From the NCBI GenBank assembly GCA_951406725.2, contig OX597828.1:40238001-40302000 (forward strand): a DNA stretch of 64,000 nt. Reading direction: 5' to 3'. Of this stretch, positions 12,655 through 26,918 are shown one piece after another. The DNA is from Octopus vulgaris. Lineage: Eukaryota. The notes beneath the pieces are model-generated. The model ran no database searches. It worked only from the letters and a program-made list of their open reading frames with translations, and had not been told where the DNA came from. Position numbers and translations under genes: made by a program. Each line of letters opens with the position of its first letter. The first letter of the stretch is position 1.

Positions 12655-14196
12655 TATGTATTTGTGTGTCTGTTTGTCCCCCACCATCGCTTTACAACCG
12701 GTGTTGATGTGTTTACGTCCCTGTAACTTAGCGGTTCGGCAAAAGAAACCGATAGAGTAAGTACTAGGCTACAAAGAATGAGTCCTGGAGTTGATTTGTT
12801 CGACTAAAGGCGGTGCTCCAGCATGACCGTTGTCAAATGACTGAAACAAGTAAAAGAATATATATATATACATATATATATATACACACATACACACAAG
12901 ACTATAAAACAAGTAATAACGCGCGCGCGCGCTCAGTGAAACTTTGCGCTGCTTCCGTTTCCCAAATTTGTTACACAAGGAATCGATTGATTAGTCAACA
13001 CAAAGTGACAGCAGAAGACATTTAAGATGTCAAGCAGTAGGCTCGAACCTGGGACCATGTAGTCGTGTAGCGAATTTCTTAACTCCAATAAGCAAGTGAT
13101 CCTCTTAGGGGAGGTAACTCTCGTAAATATATATATTCTGTTCGCCGCCTTGATAATAATAATGATGATTATGATGATGATGATGATATACCTGGGGGCA
13201 GTGGCGATTGCCTGAGTTGGCAAGACTCAATCAGTAGATTTTGATGGTTTGATTTGCGACGAGCAATACGAATCTAACATTTCGTAATTTGTCTTTCATC
13301 TGGGGTTGATGAAACAGATAAAAATGTCACGGGAGCGGGAGAAAAGCAAAATTTACTTGCTTTCACACCCAGCCACCACACAATTTGTTTCCTTTTCCTT
13401 TTCGTTAACCAAAGCAACAACATCACTTTTTGTTATCCAATCGCTGACGAGGGTCAAGGCCCAATATTCAGGTTCTATACTCCATACAACAACTGAACTC
13501 TAGAATCCAAACAACTGAGGAAAGCTATCGAGGAGACAGACATGGCAGCTGAAACAAACTGAAGGTAGTTATGGTTGATAAGAGACCACACAGAATAAAA
13601 CTAATTGCGCAGGACAAAACTAATTCAGTCATCGTTTCTCCACTCGCGCGAGGCATACAATCTAAAGGGAGAATTGCTTTTGGTCCTGACATACCGGCCG
13701 ACGATACGGAAATGTTTCCGACATTGTCTCAGACTATCTCTTGTAGTTTCTGTGTGGTGCAAAGCGTCTCCGATGTTTATTTCGCCTCCTATACGACAAT
13801 TGCGGCGGCGACGACCTAATTGTCATCTGATCCAGTAGAACATAAACCTTCTTTTTCACCATGACCTGCAATATTTTTATTTACTTTTCTTATCGTCCGT
13901 GACCCATCCGCAAACGTTGATTAAATAAGCCGAAAGAATCAATGTCCAAGCACATATTTGATTTATGGTACAAAAAAGCTAATAAAGTAAACAATAGACA
14001 GGTTCAATGATATCATATATTAAAGGCATCATAATTGATTTTCCTTAACATACAAATATTACCGTGGAACATTAAATATTTTCTATGGTTCACTTCTTGA
14101 ACATGTAGTTCCACCTACTTTATGCATAATTGATCTTGTCAATAACATCAAAAAAGAAAAACCTTTAAATCAGGAGAAGGAAATGTTTTAAATACC

Positions 14197-14429
14197 TATT
14201 TCTTTACTACCCACAAGGGGCTAAACACAGAGGGGACAAACAAGGACAGACACACGGATTAAGTCGATTACATCTACCCCAGTGCGTAACTGGTGCTTAT
14301 TTATTCGACCCCGAAAGGATGAAAGGCAAAGTCGACCTCGGCGGAATTTGAACTCAGAACGTAACGGCAGACGAAATACGGCTACGCATTTCACCCGGCA
14401 TGCTAACGGTTCTGCCAGCTCGCCGCCTT
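14197..14429 (-). mobile_element. SINE family A, full length
   Basis: 12-bp TSD GTTTTAAATACC at 14185-14196 and 14431-14442. Confidence 0.9.
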
Positions 14430-14934
14430 AGTTTTAAATACCAAGGAAGTAAAATACTACTGCATGACAAACAGTTGGGACATATCTATACTGAAAAAAA
14501 AATAGAATGAATCCATAATTTTACAAATTCACTTAGTATGTAACTTATATCAAGTTGTTTGGGGGCATTCCTTCGGTACTGGTCTTCAGAATGTCGGTGT
14601 GCAGAGACATCATTTACCCCTCTATTTCAGTCTAACCTCTTTATGCATGTCATGAGTGAAGGTCGTGTGGGTGAATGACGTCGTGTATCAATATCGAAGG
14701 ATTGCAGTTTTTTTCTTTAAGGCGTAAACGGTTTTTCTTTCTGTTTGACTTTTTCTTTTTTTTAATTTTTAGAACTTCCAAGGATGGACGGTTTCAAATC
14801 TGACCGTGGATGAAATTTCTGGTCTACGAGAGCTAACTCTCCCTCAAGATACACTGTGATATCTTAAAGAACTGTAACTTTTGATCATAGATCTACTCGA
14901 ATAAGGCCGACCTAAGGGTACACAACAACATAAG

Positions 14935-15305
14935 AGCAGACTTGGCTGTATGGTTATGTAGTTTGCTTTGCAACCATGTGGTTTCGTTTTCAGTCCCACT
15001 GCACGGCACCTTGGATAACTATCTTCTACTGTAGCCCCGGGTTGATCAATACTTTGTGAGTAAATTTGGTAGGAAGAAACTGTGTGGAAGCCTGTCATGT
15101 GTCTTTGTTTTTTTCTGCCCATCGTTACTCGACAACCACTGTTGATTTGTTTACGCTCCCGTGACTAAGCAGTTTGGCAAAGAGACCGATAGAAGAAATA
15201 ACAGGTTTTAAAAATAAGCACTGGGGTGGTTGTGCTCGACTAAACCCTTCAAGGTGGTGCTCCAGCATGGCTGGAGTTCAACGACTGAAACAAGTAACAT
15301 GTTAA
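14935..15305 (+). mobile_element. SINE family B, older copy
   Basis: Diverged match over head, body and tail. Confidence 0.75.
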
Positions 15306-15944
15306 AGACTTAAACAGGAAACTGGTGATGTTCTAGCGAAAAGTAATACAAATAGTTCAAACGGTAGAATAGGTTGTATGTATGGCGTTAGAGAGAAGAT
15401 TGACGTTTCGGACACAAATCCTTCTTCTTTCAGAAAGTAAAAGTAAAGGTTTTATTACTAGGCGGTATATATTCATCACGAATGAATTTGCAGCCTACTG
15501 ATAAGAAATATATTTCCCACCCCACCCTCGCTCTTTCTCTTTCCTTCCCCCCTCTCTCGCACACACTCACACACACACACACACAGAAATCATTAAATTC
15601 CCCGCGGTGAACCAATCAGTATTTGAGGACTAAAACGAGGAAGGTGGGCTAATAATGTGCAAGCCTGGCCCCACTAAGGTTAGAAATTATATTATCGTTT
15701 CTCTGTTGTAGTGGTGGTCTACTAAAAAACAGAAAGGCTTCTTTACGCCGTTTGATTATTTATCACTGAGGGGAGAGAAGCAAGAATGTTATTTATAACA
15801 ATAATTGGCGAGTTTAAGTGGGGCCATTAGAGCAGACATAACCTCGTTCTCATTTGGTAGTGTACGATATAAAAGATATGCATTGAAACAAAACACACAC
15901 ACACACTCTCTCTCTCTCCAACCACCCAAACACACCCATACACA

Positions 15945-16002
<58 letters not shown>

Positions 16003-17983
16003 TGGAACAAGGCTTTTGATAGTTATGTTTCCTATTGAGAGCCATCAAAAAGTTTGATCATATCAAACATAACAACTATCGTGTTTAATGAATGTATGAT
16101 GTATATTTATAAATTCAAAACTAAACAGGCTTTCATTCACCCTACCGTCTTGTGGGCGTGTGTGTAAAACAAATGACATGCCTATATTTCTATAGTATAC
16201 ATGAATACAAGTTGTTAAACAATGAGAAGCAAAAGTATTTGATTTCTTTTCTTTTCTTTTTTTTACATACATATGTAATAGCGCAATAATAATAAGTCTT
16301 AACTTACCTTGGCTATAAGATTTATTTTATAATCCAAATCTCAGAAATATCGCATTTGTGCTGAATACAAAAACGAGGGCAGTTTGTTTAGCATGTTATT
16401 GTGAGCCGTTCTTATGAGGTTGTAGACGTGACCAACAAACACACCACTACAAGGTTGATGGTAGTGATGATTGTAGTGGTGATAGATAGAGATGGTGTTA
16501 ATCCGGACAAATACGGACGTAAACATGTGTTGCTCATATAAGAAAATTCTAAGATCATTGAATTAAAGCGAAAGATATATTACTAGAAAAGGTTTGAAAC
16601 AAGAGGAAAGTCATTAAACGAAATGTAACGAAGTAAAACAATCTCAGGTAAATCCGTTTTCTGTGTGTTTTTTGTTCGTACTTCCCACCTTTCTTACTTT
16701 CCTGAAGTGATTTTTTTTCTTTCTTTCTTTCCTTTTGTTTCTGTTTTCTCCTTTGCCTCTTCCTCTACGCCCTCCTCTTCCTCTTCTTCCGTCCGCCCGT
16801 CCGACGCCGCCGCCGCCACAGCCGCCAATACCGATGCACTGTGTCATGTACGGAATGTTAGGTAGGGAGACAGTCGAAGGTAAATCTTTGTCACAACATA
16901 AAATAACGCCAGCGGTTGGCCTTAAATACTACTGAACTTAACACGAGCCACGCTAGAGAGGGAGGGAGAGAAGAGGCTCTCCAAGGTCTCTCAGTGTGCT
17001 TGCTAGAAATAGCAGCTCATATCTCCCTCAGCTCTTACCATACAGCCTTAACTTAAAAGAAAAAGAAAAAAAAAAAGATATATTTGCAGCAATATTTCGA
17101 TATTAGTACACAACGTCATTCAACCAACAAAATCTTCCCGCGTAACAAAGAGGGTAGGCTAAAAAAAAAAAAGGGTGAACGACGCCGTCTCCTCATTCCG
17201 ACACTCTGAAGACGAATACCGAAGGATCACCATATTAGCCAGTAATTGTCTCTGATATACAAAAATACGGAATTGTCACTTCAAGGTTAGAACACATTTG
17301 ATCATAGGTGTTTTCGACCAGGACTGACCTTGGGTTAAACAACAAGAAGAATATATTGGACTGTATTTCTTTTATACAAAAACAGGTATGGTCTCGGTTG
17401 GAGCGGAGTTAATCATTGGTCTATTTAACCAGGTCTGATACAGTAGCAAGCAATGATACATAGTACCCTGTAGTCATTAATATATATATAAAAAAATATG
17501 GGATGGGCATGGCTGGAACATATTTAATCATAGGTCTACTCAACTAGAGCTGACTCAACAACAACTATGGACTTACTGGATGACAGTAAGAATGGCAAAA
17601 AATACTTAGGGACATCTGCTGTATGAAAAGTTGATAGTAAAGTAAGTGGCGCCATCGTATTTGTTGTAAAAAGTCAAAGATATTTTTAATCAAAATTACA
17701 ACCTCAGAGATAAGAACAATTCTTTGTTAAATGACTAATTCTAGATTTAAAAAAAAGGCAGAGGAGACAATACTGGAATTTTAATTAAAATTAATTATAA
17801 GATGTAGTGATGAGTACATCTAAGCTGTTTCTGGGAGCTTGATGGTCTGGAATAATGATAGTTACTTAGATGCATTATTGGATAACACTACCTCCGTCTT
17901 CAGAGGATAATTTTACATTTGAGGTGTTAACAGGATGGAGTTAAATGATACACACCAAACGCACACGCGCGCGCGCACATCTG

Positions 17984-18490
<507 letters not shown>

Positions 18491-18495
18491 TACAT

Positions 18496-18734
18496 ATGGT
18501 GGTTGTCTACTCCTTATGCAGAGTTTGACCACCTCCTGTACCTACATCTTAGAACCATCATGGCATCTGATGTGGCTTTTTAAACCAGACAATGTTCTGA
18601 AAAGACACCCACATAGATTGCATATCCAATTTGGACCTCCAACAATAGCTGCAGATAAATGCTGATCTTGGTGGATCTTAAAATGTCTTTTGAGGCCTTC
18701 GTTAGATTTGAAAACCTTCTGGCATGCATGCATA
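18496..18734 (-). mobile_element. Probable RTE-like LINE 3' end encoding two C2H2-like motifs
   Basis: ACQKVFKSNEGLKRHFKIH and [21 protein letters not shown], stop at 18542, then a short UTR and microsatellite; cut off by the mariner insertion. Confidence 0.5.
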
Positions 18735-18736
18735 TA

Positions 18737-20027
18737 CGAGGGGCGTTCAATAAGTAATGCCCCTGACCCACTTCCCATAGCAGTAGAGCAACGAAACTTG
18801 GCACAGTTATTAGTCTTTTTCTACATAGGAACCACCCAGAGTTACGCATTTCTCCCATCGTTTGATGCAGCTCTGGACACTGTTTTTGTAGAAGACCCCA
18901 GCTTGGTCCTCCAACCACGACGTGACTTCAGAAATCAAGGCTGCATCATCTGGGAAACGCTTTCCTTTCAAAAACAACTTCATGGCTGGGAAGAGGTGAA
19001 AATCAGAGGGTGCAAGGTCAGGAGAGTAGGGGGATGGGGGAGGAGTTCATAGCCGCACGCCTGTGCTTCTGATCTGGCGACACGCGAATTGTGGACCGGA
19101 GCGTTGTCCTGCAAGAGGAGGATGCCTTTGCTGATCTTGCCCCGCCTCTTGATTTTGATAGCTTCTCTTAATTTCCTCAAAAGTGAAGCATAATAGGCTC
19201 CTGTAATTGTGGTACCCTTTGCCAGGAAATCTATCATCACTACTCCGTCCTGGTCCCAGAAGACTGTGAGCATGACCTTGACAGCGGAGGGTTGCACCCT
19301 TGCCTTCTTTGGAGGAGGTGAGTCACGGTGCTTCCACTGCATTGACTGGGCTTTGGTCTCTGGATCATAGTGATGGACCCAGGTTTCATCCTGTGTAATC
19401 AGTCTTTTGAAAAATTTTGACTCATCTTCTTGAAACATCTCCAAATTCATCCTCGAGCACTCGACGCGTTCTTGCTTCTGGAAAGGTGTGAGCAACCTGG
19501 GAATCCATCTGGCAGACACCTTTTGCATATGCAAATGGTCATGAATGATAGTTTCCACAGACCCGGTACTAATCTTGACCTCATGGGCTATTTTGCGAAT
19601 AGTTAGGCGTCGATCTTCCAAAATGGCAGCCTCAACTTGACGGACAGATGCCTCATCAATGGCAGAAGGGGGACGACCAGATCTGGGAGCTGTTTCCACA
19701 GAGTTCCGACCATGTTTGAATTCACGATGCCAACGTTTTACAAGGTCATATGATGGGGCATCATCGCCATAAGTTACTTTCATTTCATCAAAAGTCTCCC
19801 GTGGTGTGCATCCTTTCAAATACAAAAACCGGATCACTGCTCGACACTCAGCAGGCTCCATTTCACACTTGACTCAGTTCAAACACCTGTAAATCAGAAA
19901 CCACAATTAGTTCAGAGCTGTAATTTTCCACTTAATCTATAGAGATATAAGTAATTGCACATGCAAACTTTCAGCTAGATCAAACAACTGCAAGTGGGTC
20001 AGAGGCATTACTTATTGAACGCCCCTC

Positions 20028-20028
<1 letters not shown>
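18737..20028 (-). mobile_element. Mariner (DD34D) transposon, full length, 1292 bp
   Basis: TIRs of about 36 bp CGAGGGGCGTTCAATAAGTAATGCC(C/T)CTGACCCACT with one mismatch; TA TSD on both sides. Confidence 0.95.
18810..19861 (-). pseudogene. Mariner transposase (350 aa if a single 1-bp frameshift is repaired)
   Basis: WIPRLL, TQDETW, LQDNAP and, in the shifted frame, YSPDLAPSDFHLF...RWEKCVTLGGSYVEKD*; D34D spacing; the frameshift is in the G5 run at 19029-19033. Confidence 0.9.
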
Positions 20029-20066
<38 letters not shown>

Positions 20067-20067
<1 letters not shown>

Positions 20068-20800
20068 TAGCTGACGTACCCGGTAATTCCCGGGAAAGCA
20101 GGGCTTACCCTTGGTTCTGTTCTCATAATTGTTTCGCTGATCCAATAACAATATAAATTATGTAGCCCCGAAAGGGCTTTAATGCGTTCCCAGAGTATAT
20201 AGAACGTAGGAGGAAATACTAATAAGGTATGTATACTAAAATCGTGAAGCATGTTACGTCATTACAGGCTAATCAGATATGAGATAATAACAATTCCAAG
20301 TAAATAACTCTGAAAAGGGCTCTTGTGCGTTCCCAGAGAAAATTACCCTCAGCGGTGATAGTGTTAGTATATTTGTGAATAAGTCACTAACCGAAATAAG
20401 TGGATCTATTATTCAGGGAAATACTATTTACTTGTTTAAGGGTTGTACTGGATAAAATGCAAAAATAACTCTAACAGTTCAAATACTAAGAAATAAGCAT
20501 ATTCAATTTGATTTATACCAAATGAGTTAGGAGAATGAATGGGTTATTTCCCTAGGCTGTTAAAATCTGGGCGAATCGGTTATTTCCCTTGACTGTTAAA
20601 ATGAAATAGATATTTATAAGGATCCCTTCCAGGGGCCCTATTATCGATTTTTTTTTTCCGACAATCTGAGTATGCCATGAGGTTTCCAGACATGAATTCT
20701 ACTCACGTGTCAAGTTTCATCAAAATCGATAAAACGATGTAGGAGGAGTTAGCTAACAACTCCATAAACACACGCACAGACAGAATTCCCCACATATGTA
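20067..20800 (-). mobile_element. Non-autonomous Helitron
   Basis: Minus-strand 3' end CCCGG-gaatta-CCGGG hairpin, then CTAG followed by T (20067-20070). Confidence 0.65.
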
Positions 20801-20861
20801 GTGTGTGCGTGTGTGTATATATATATGTGTGTGTGTGTATATATGTATATAAATAAATGTG

Positions 20862-20892
<31 letters not shown>

Positions 20893-21058
20893 ATAAAGCA
20901 TGAGTGTTTAGTTCACAGGTTATCTAAACGATTAGGTACGCTAGGTAAGATTTTGAATTTCTTCTTGTAATAATATTGTATATGACTTGATGACTTGAGA
21001 TGTTTGCCTTGCCTTAATGTTTGACGTCCTGTCTAACAATTATATATATATATATATA

Positions 21059-21250
21059 TAACGGGAAGGTTTACGAAAATAAACAAAAGACGAAGGCAGG
21101 TGGAGTACAAACAAACAAATGTATTAGTATGGCGCTCAGGAATAGAAATGGAACAAGTCTTTCATGTTTCGAGCCTACGCTCTTCGACAGAAAGATACAC
21201 AGAAAAGAAACAAGGAGAGAAAAAAATGCGTGTAGGAGCTAACGGTCTAT
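21059..21250 (-). mobile_element. Penelope-like terminal fragment in (TA)n with a degenerate minimal hammerhead (21158-21195)
   Basis: TCTTT-CTGTCGA-a-GAGC-gtag-GCTC-GAAA-CATG-AAAGA; related fragments at 28147-28290 and 41822-41915. Confidence 0.5.
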
Positions 21251-21251
21251 A

Positions 21252-21326
<75 letters not shown>

Positions 21327-21428
21327 ATATATGTATACATACATACATATATATATATATATGTATATATATATATGTATACATATATACATACATATAT
21401 ATATATACATACATATATACACACACAC

Positions 21429-21488
<60 letters not shown>

Positions 21489-21494
21489 CATATA

Positions 21495-21661
21495 TACGAC
21501 AGGCTTCTTTCAGTTTCTGTCTACCAAATCCACTCATAAGGCTTTGGTCGGCCCGAGGCTATAGTAGAAGACAGTTGCCCAAGGTGCCACGCAGTGGGAC
21601 TGAACCCGAAACCATGTGGTTGGTAAGCAAGCAACTTACCACACGACCACTCCTGCGCCTA
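21495..21661 (-). mobile_element. SINE family B, 5' half
   Basis: Matches the head and body up to the internal TA tract. Confidence 0.8.
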
Positions 21662-22100
21662 CATTAACTTTCCTTTTCAAATATTTTTACTTATACAATA
21701 CACACACACCTTTAGGCTTTAAACTTCAGACTACATTTTATTTGATTTCAATTTAAAAAAGGAGTAAAAAGCCTTTTATTTTTTATATTGTTTTTTTTAG
21801 TCTCTTTTTCACTTCCATTACTGCCCTTGCCACCTCTGTTTCTAATTCACCAGTATCAGCGCACCCTCGATCTTCTACCGTTATTCACATTTCCAGCTGA
21901 GATGTCACACGACTCGCTTTTTTTTTTTTTGCTTTTTTTTTTGTCTGTTTCCTTGAATGCTTGGTTGGTTGGCTGGTGTCATTTTATGATAGGTGCGAGA
22001 GATTAGCACACGCACGAACACACAAGCAGACAAATCCTTCCTACACCTACAGATAGAAAATCACGCCTTTCACACACATACATGCACACATACATACACA

Positions 22101-22160
<60 letters not shown>

Positions 22161-22164
22161 TTTA

Positions 22165-22365
22165 TGGAGCAGATGTGTGGTAAGTAGCTTGCTTACTAAC
22201 CACATGTTTCCGGGTTCAGTCCCACTGCGTAGCAAGTGTCGTCTACTATCGCCTCGGGCCGACGGAAGCCTTGTGAGTCTGACAGAAAGAAACTTGTCAT
22301 GTGTGTGTGTGTGTGTGTGTGTATGCTTGTGTGTATGTTTCTCTCCCCCACCATCGCTTGACAAC
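22165..22365 (+). mobile_element. SINE family B, partial with deletions
   Basis: Head and middle match. Confidence 0.7.
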
Positions 22366-22494
22366 CATCAACTTTACTCTCTCGTCCATCCAGTGGCAGG
22401 ACTAGATGAAGACTATTGAGGATGCGGACAGCTGCAGTGGATGACCAAAATGTCTTATTTACCTAATCTTGCTCTCCCCATTCAACAATGGGTG

Positions 22495-22877
22495 GAGGCG
22501 CAATGGCCCAGTGGTTAGGGCAGCGGACTCGCGGTCATAGGATCGCGGTTTCGATTCCCAGACCGGGCGTTGTGAGTGTTTATTGAGCGAAAACACCTAA
22601 AAGCTCCACGAGGCTCTGGCAGGTGATGGTGGTGATCCCTGCTGTACTCTTTCACCACAACATTCTCTCACTCTTACTTCCTGTTTCTGTTGTACCTGTC
22701 TTTCAAGGGGCCGGCCTTGTCACTCTCTGTGTCACGCTGAATATTCCCGAGAACTACGTTAAGGGTGCACGTGTCTGTGGAGTGCTCGGCCACTTACACG
22801 TTAATTTCACGAGCAGGCTGTTCCGATGATTCGGATCAACCGGGACCCTCATCGTCGTAACCGACGGAGTGCTTCCA
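22495..22877 (+). mobile_element. SINE family C with alternative 3' module
   Basis: Family C head; tail shared with 28498-28805 and 57707-57962. Confidence 0.8.
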
Positions 22878-23477
22878 CCATTCAAGTATGGATTGCTGCT
22901 GCCGTCTTTCATTCTGTTGAGCCATGAAGGTTTCTTCCGCAGTGTTCGCAAGATCCAGTTTTCACATGCATAGCATGACACATATTGTTTAACTAAATCG
23001 TCTTCCCATCATCATGTTGTCTATGAACCTTGCGAAATATTCGGCCCTGCAGAACTTGTGCTTTCGGCATTCTGCGATCATATCGTTCACTCCACTCCGG
23101 TCCTCGAATTATTTCATTTTCGAATATGCTCTTGTGATATTCCTTGCAAGAATCTTTTTTTTTTCATCTTGAAAGCTAAAACAAAGCGAGAAAAGGATAA
23201 ATATGTACAAAAATAATAAAATAAATAAATAAATTTTAAAAATAAAAACAATAAATTCTGTTGTTAACTACATATGTTTCAGCACATAAGGAACAATGGT
23301 GGAATACTCCCATGAAAATTTCTGCCAAATACAAGCATTACAGAGATGTACTTGCATAGCGAGTGACTTGATCTGAGATCGTGTGCTGTAACGAAAACAA
23401 TTGCAGCTTGGAAGGTGTTTATAAGCCATTCAAGAAACACACAAAACCGTTAGATTCACTTCAACATTTAAATTTAA

Positions 23478-23528
23478 TTTGTCAAAATATTTTCGTCGCT
23501 TTGAGACCGCGACCTGTTCACTGACAAA
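23478..23528 (-). ncRNA. Minimal type I hammerhead-like motif with G3-C8 core swap
   Basis: TTTGTCA-GTGAACA-g-GTCGC-ggtctcaaa-GCGAC-GAAA-ATAT-TT-TGACAAA. Confidence 0.6.
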
Positions 23529-24793
23529 GCTTCGTGCTGCATCAAACATTACAAAATTTGATATACTTCTTTAGGTCAGACAAGAAAAACAATGTACAGT
23601 TACTAGAGGCCGCCTACTTGGCAAATGCTAGCATCTCTTTCAACGTCAGTGAGAAATAAATACTTACGGACAGCTGCTTCAAAACTTTCTCAACCCAGAC
23701 TATGATTTTTTAAATATATTTGTACCTATCATCATTAGTATACTTGGTTATTTTACTTAATGCCTAAGTATTAATCTCATAAAGACGGGGTTTTCAATCA
23801 AAGAGAGTCACCAGCTAACACGCACTTGGCAAATAAAATTTCTAAGCGGAACAATAAAAATTTGCGAGATTTCTTTAAAGTTCAACATGTTGCTCTTTAC
23901 TATTGTGATGAAACTGTTCCATCTTAATAAGAATTCAAATGATTAAAGCAAAAAGTTAACATGCAATACACACGTACATACATTCATACATGCATACGTA
24001 CGTACGTACATGTATAAATATATATATATACTCATGCCTGAAATAGTTTGCAGTCAATTATACTAGCTCCGGTTTCAATAATTTATCTAAACCACTTCTG
24101 CCTATTGTTCCTGTCAGCTACACAAACTACACAACATTTGTTGTAATTTCTGGAAAGAAAAATACTTAGTAAATATTCTCCACACCTAAGCTATCCTGTT
24201 ACTAGTTTATGCATTATCTATTTATTAGCTATATTTATGTACAAGCATCTTTTTTACTGACTGTGGGGAAACTTGAGGAAGGAAACACGAAAACAAAGAA
24301 CAACAACAGCAAATATGAAAAAAATCAAGATTAAAATAATGCAACAAACAAAAAGGAAATCAAAATGGAAGGCATGCAAGGGATAGGTTTCAAAAATAGT
24401 CAAAACTACACGTAGGCCATCTTATATTGCTGAAATCATGTCTGTGCCTCAGTGTCAAAGATTTACAAACGTCTAACAAAAACCAAATTATCTATCTATT
24501 AATCTACACACATAAGGCGACGAGCTGGCATAATGGTTAGCGCGCTGGACGAAATGCTGGGTGGTATTTCGCCCGTCGCTGCGTTCTGAGTTCATTTTCC
24601 GTCGAGGTCGACTTTGCCCTTCATCATTTTATAGTCAATAAATTAAGTACCAGTGAAATACTTGGGTCGGTGTAATCGACTAGTTCCCTTCCCCCAAATT
24701 TCAGGCCTTGTGCCCATAGTAGAAAGGATATTTATCTACACACATACATCCCTTTCCTGCCTGGACAAACAGACACGAATACACACATACACT

Positions 24794-24825
<32 letters not shown>

Positions 24826-25570
24826 GAGGGTCTTCTTTCAGTTTCCGTCCACTAAATCCACTCAAAAGACTTTGGTTGGCCCGAGGCTATAGTAGAAGAC
24901 ATTTTCCTAAAGTGTCACGCTGTGAGACCGTGTAGAACCATGTAGTTGGGAAGAAGCAAACTTGTTATCACACAGCCACGTCTGCGCCATGATGGTCTTA
25001 CGATAAAAATCGGAGAATGAATCTCCACTATTTACCGGTCGGATTCCAGCAATATCACTGAATCGTACAAACGCCACTGTGTCAATTTGCTTCACTGTCT
25101 TAATTTCTCTGGTTTGCTGTTTGAATGTATACCATTTCATCGCTAGCTGATTTCGTTTGACTTCAAGGTCCTTCATTCATTTCGTTATCAATTCATTTCT
25201 TAAATTCATGTTTCGAATATGCTCTTGTGATATTCCTTGCAAGAATCTTTTTTTTTTCATCTTGAAAGCTAAAACAAAGCGAGAAAAGGATAAATATGTA
25301 CAAAAATAATAAAATAAATAAATAAATTTTAAAAATAAAAACAATAAATTCTGTTGTTAACTACATATGTTTCAGCACATAAGGAACAATGGTGGAATAC
25401 TCCCATGAAAATTTCTGCCAAATACAAGCATTACAGAGATGTACTTGCATAGCGAGTGACTTGATCTGAGATCGTGTGCTGTAACGAAAACAATTGCAGC
25501 TTGGAAGGTGTTTATAAGCCATTCAAGAAACACACAAAACCGTTAGATTCACTTCAACATTTAAATTTAA

Positions 25571-25621
25571 TTTGTCAAAATATTTTCGTCGCTTTGAGAC
25601 CGCGACCTGTTCACTGACAAA
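25571..25621 (-). ncRNA. Duplicate of the 23478-23528 hammerhead-like motif
   Basis: Lies within the 2093-bp duplication. Confidence 0.6.
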
Positions 25622-26886
25622 GCTTCGTGCTGCATCAAACATTACAAAATTTGATATACTTCTTTAGGTCAGACAAGAAAAACAATGTACAGTTACTAGA
25701 GGCCGCCTACTTGGCAAATGCTAGCATCTCTTTCAACGTCAGTGAGAAATAAATACTTACGGACAGCTGCTTCAAAACTTTCTCAACCCAGACTATGATT
25801 TTTTAAATATATTTGTACCTATCATCATTAGTATACTTGGTTATTTTACTTAATGCCTAAGTATTAATCTCATAAAGACGGGGTTTTCAATCAAAGAGAG
25901 TCACCAGCTAACACGCACTTGGCAAATAAAATTTCTAAGCGGAACAATAAAAATTTGCGAGATTTCTTTAAAGTTCAACATGTTGCTCTTTACTATTGTG
26001 ATGAAACTGTTCCATCTTAATAAGAATTCAAATGATTAAAGCAAAAAGTTAACATGCAATACACACGTACATACATTCATACATGCATACGTACGTACGT
26101 ACATGTATAAATATATATATATACTCATGCCTGAAATAGTTTGCAGTCAATTATACTAGCTCCGGTTTCAATAATTTATCTAAACCACTTCTGCCTATTG
26201 TTCCTGTCAGCTACACAAACTACACAACATTTGTTGTAATTTCTGGAAAGAAAAATACTTAGTAAATATTCTCCACACCTAAGCTATCCTGTTACTAGTT
26301 TATGCATTATCTATTTATTAGCTATATTTATGTACAAGCATCTTTTTTACTGACTGTGGGGAAACTTGAGGAAGGAAACACGAAAACAAAGAACAACAAC
26401 AGCAAATATGAAAAAAATCAAGATTAAAATAATGCAACAAACAAAAAGGAAATCAAAATGGAAGGCATGCAAGGGATAGGTTTCAAAAATAGTCAAAACT
26501 ACACGTAGGCCATCTTATATTGCTGAAATCATGTCTGTGCCTCAGTGTCAAAGATTTACAAACGTCTAACAAAAACCAAATTATCTATCTATTAATCTAC
26601 ACACATAAGGCGACGAGCTGGCATAATGGTTAGCGCGCTGGACGAAATGCTGGGTGGTATTTCGCCCGTCGCTGCGTTCTGAGTTCATTTTCCGTCGAGG
26701 TCGACTTTGCCCTTCATCATTTTATAGTCAATAAATTAAGTACCAGTGAAATACTTGGGTCGGTGTAATCGACTAGTTCCCTTCCCCCAAATTTCAGGCC
26801 TTGTGCCCATAGTAGAAAGGATATTTATCTACACACATACATCCCTTTCCTGCCTGGACAAACAGACACGAATACACACATACACT

Positions 26887-26918
<32 letters not shown>

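Noticed and set aside
13444-13475. CTGACGA-GGGT-caag-GCCC hammerhead-like start
   Set aside because: The GAAA box is missing (AATA follows) and stems I and III are absent.
22495-22570. tRNA gene calls for SINE heads (also 28498, 31150-31225, 38292, 48259)
   Set aside because: A/B boxes are present, but no proper cloverleaf could be folded and most continue into SINE bodies.
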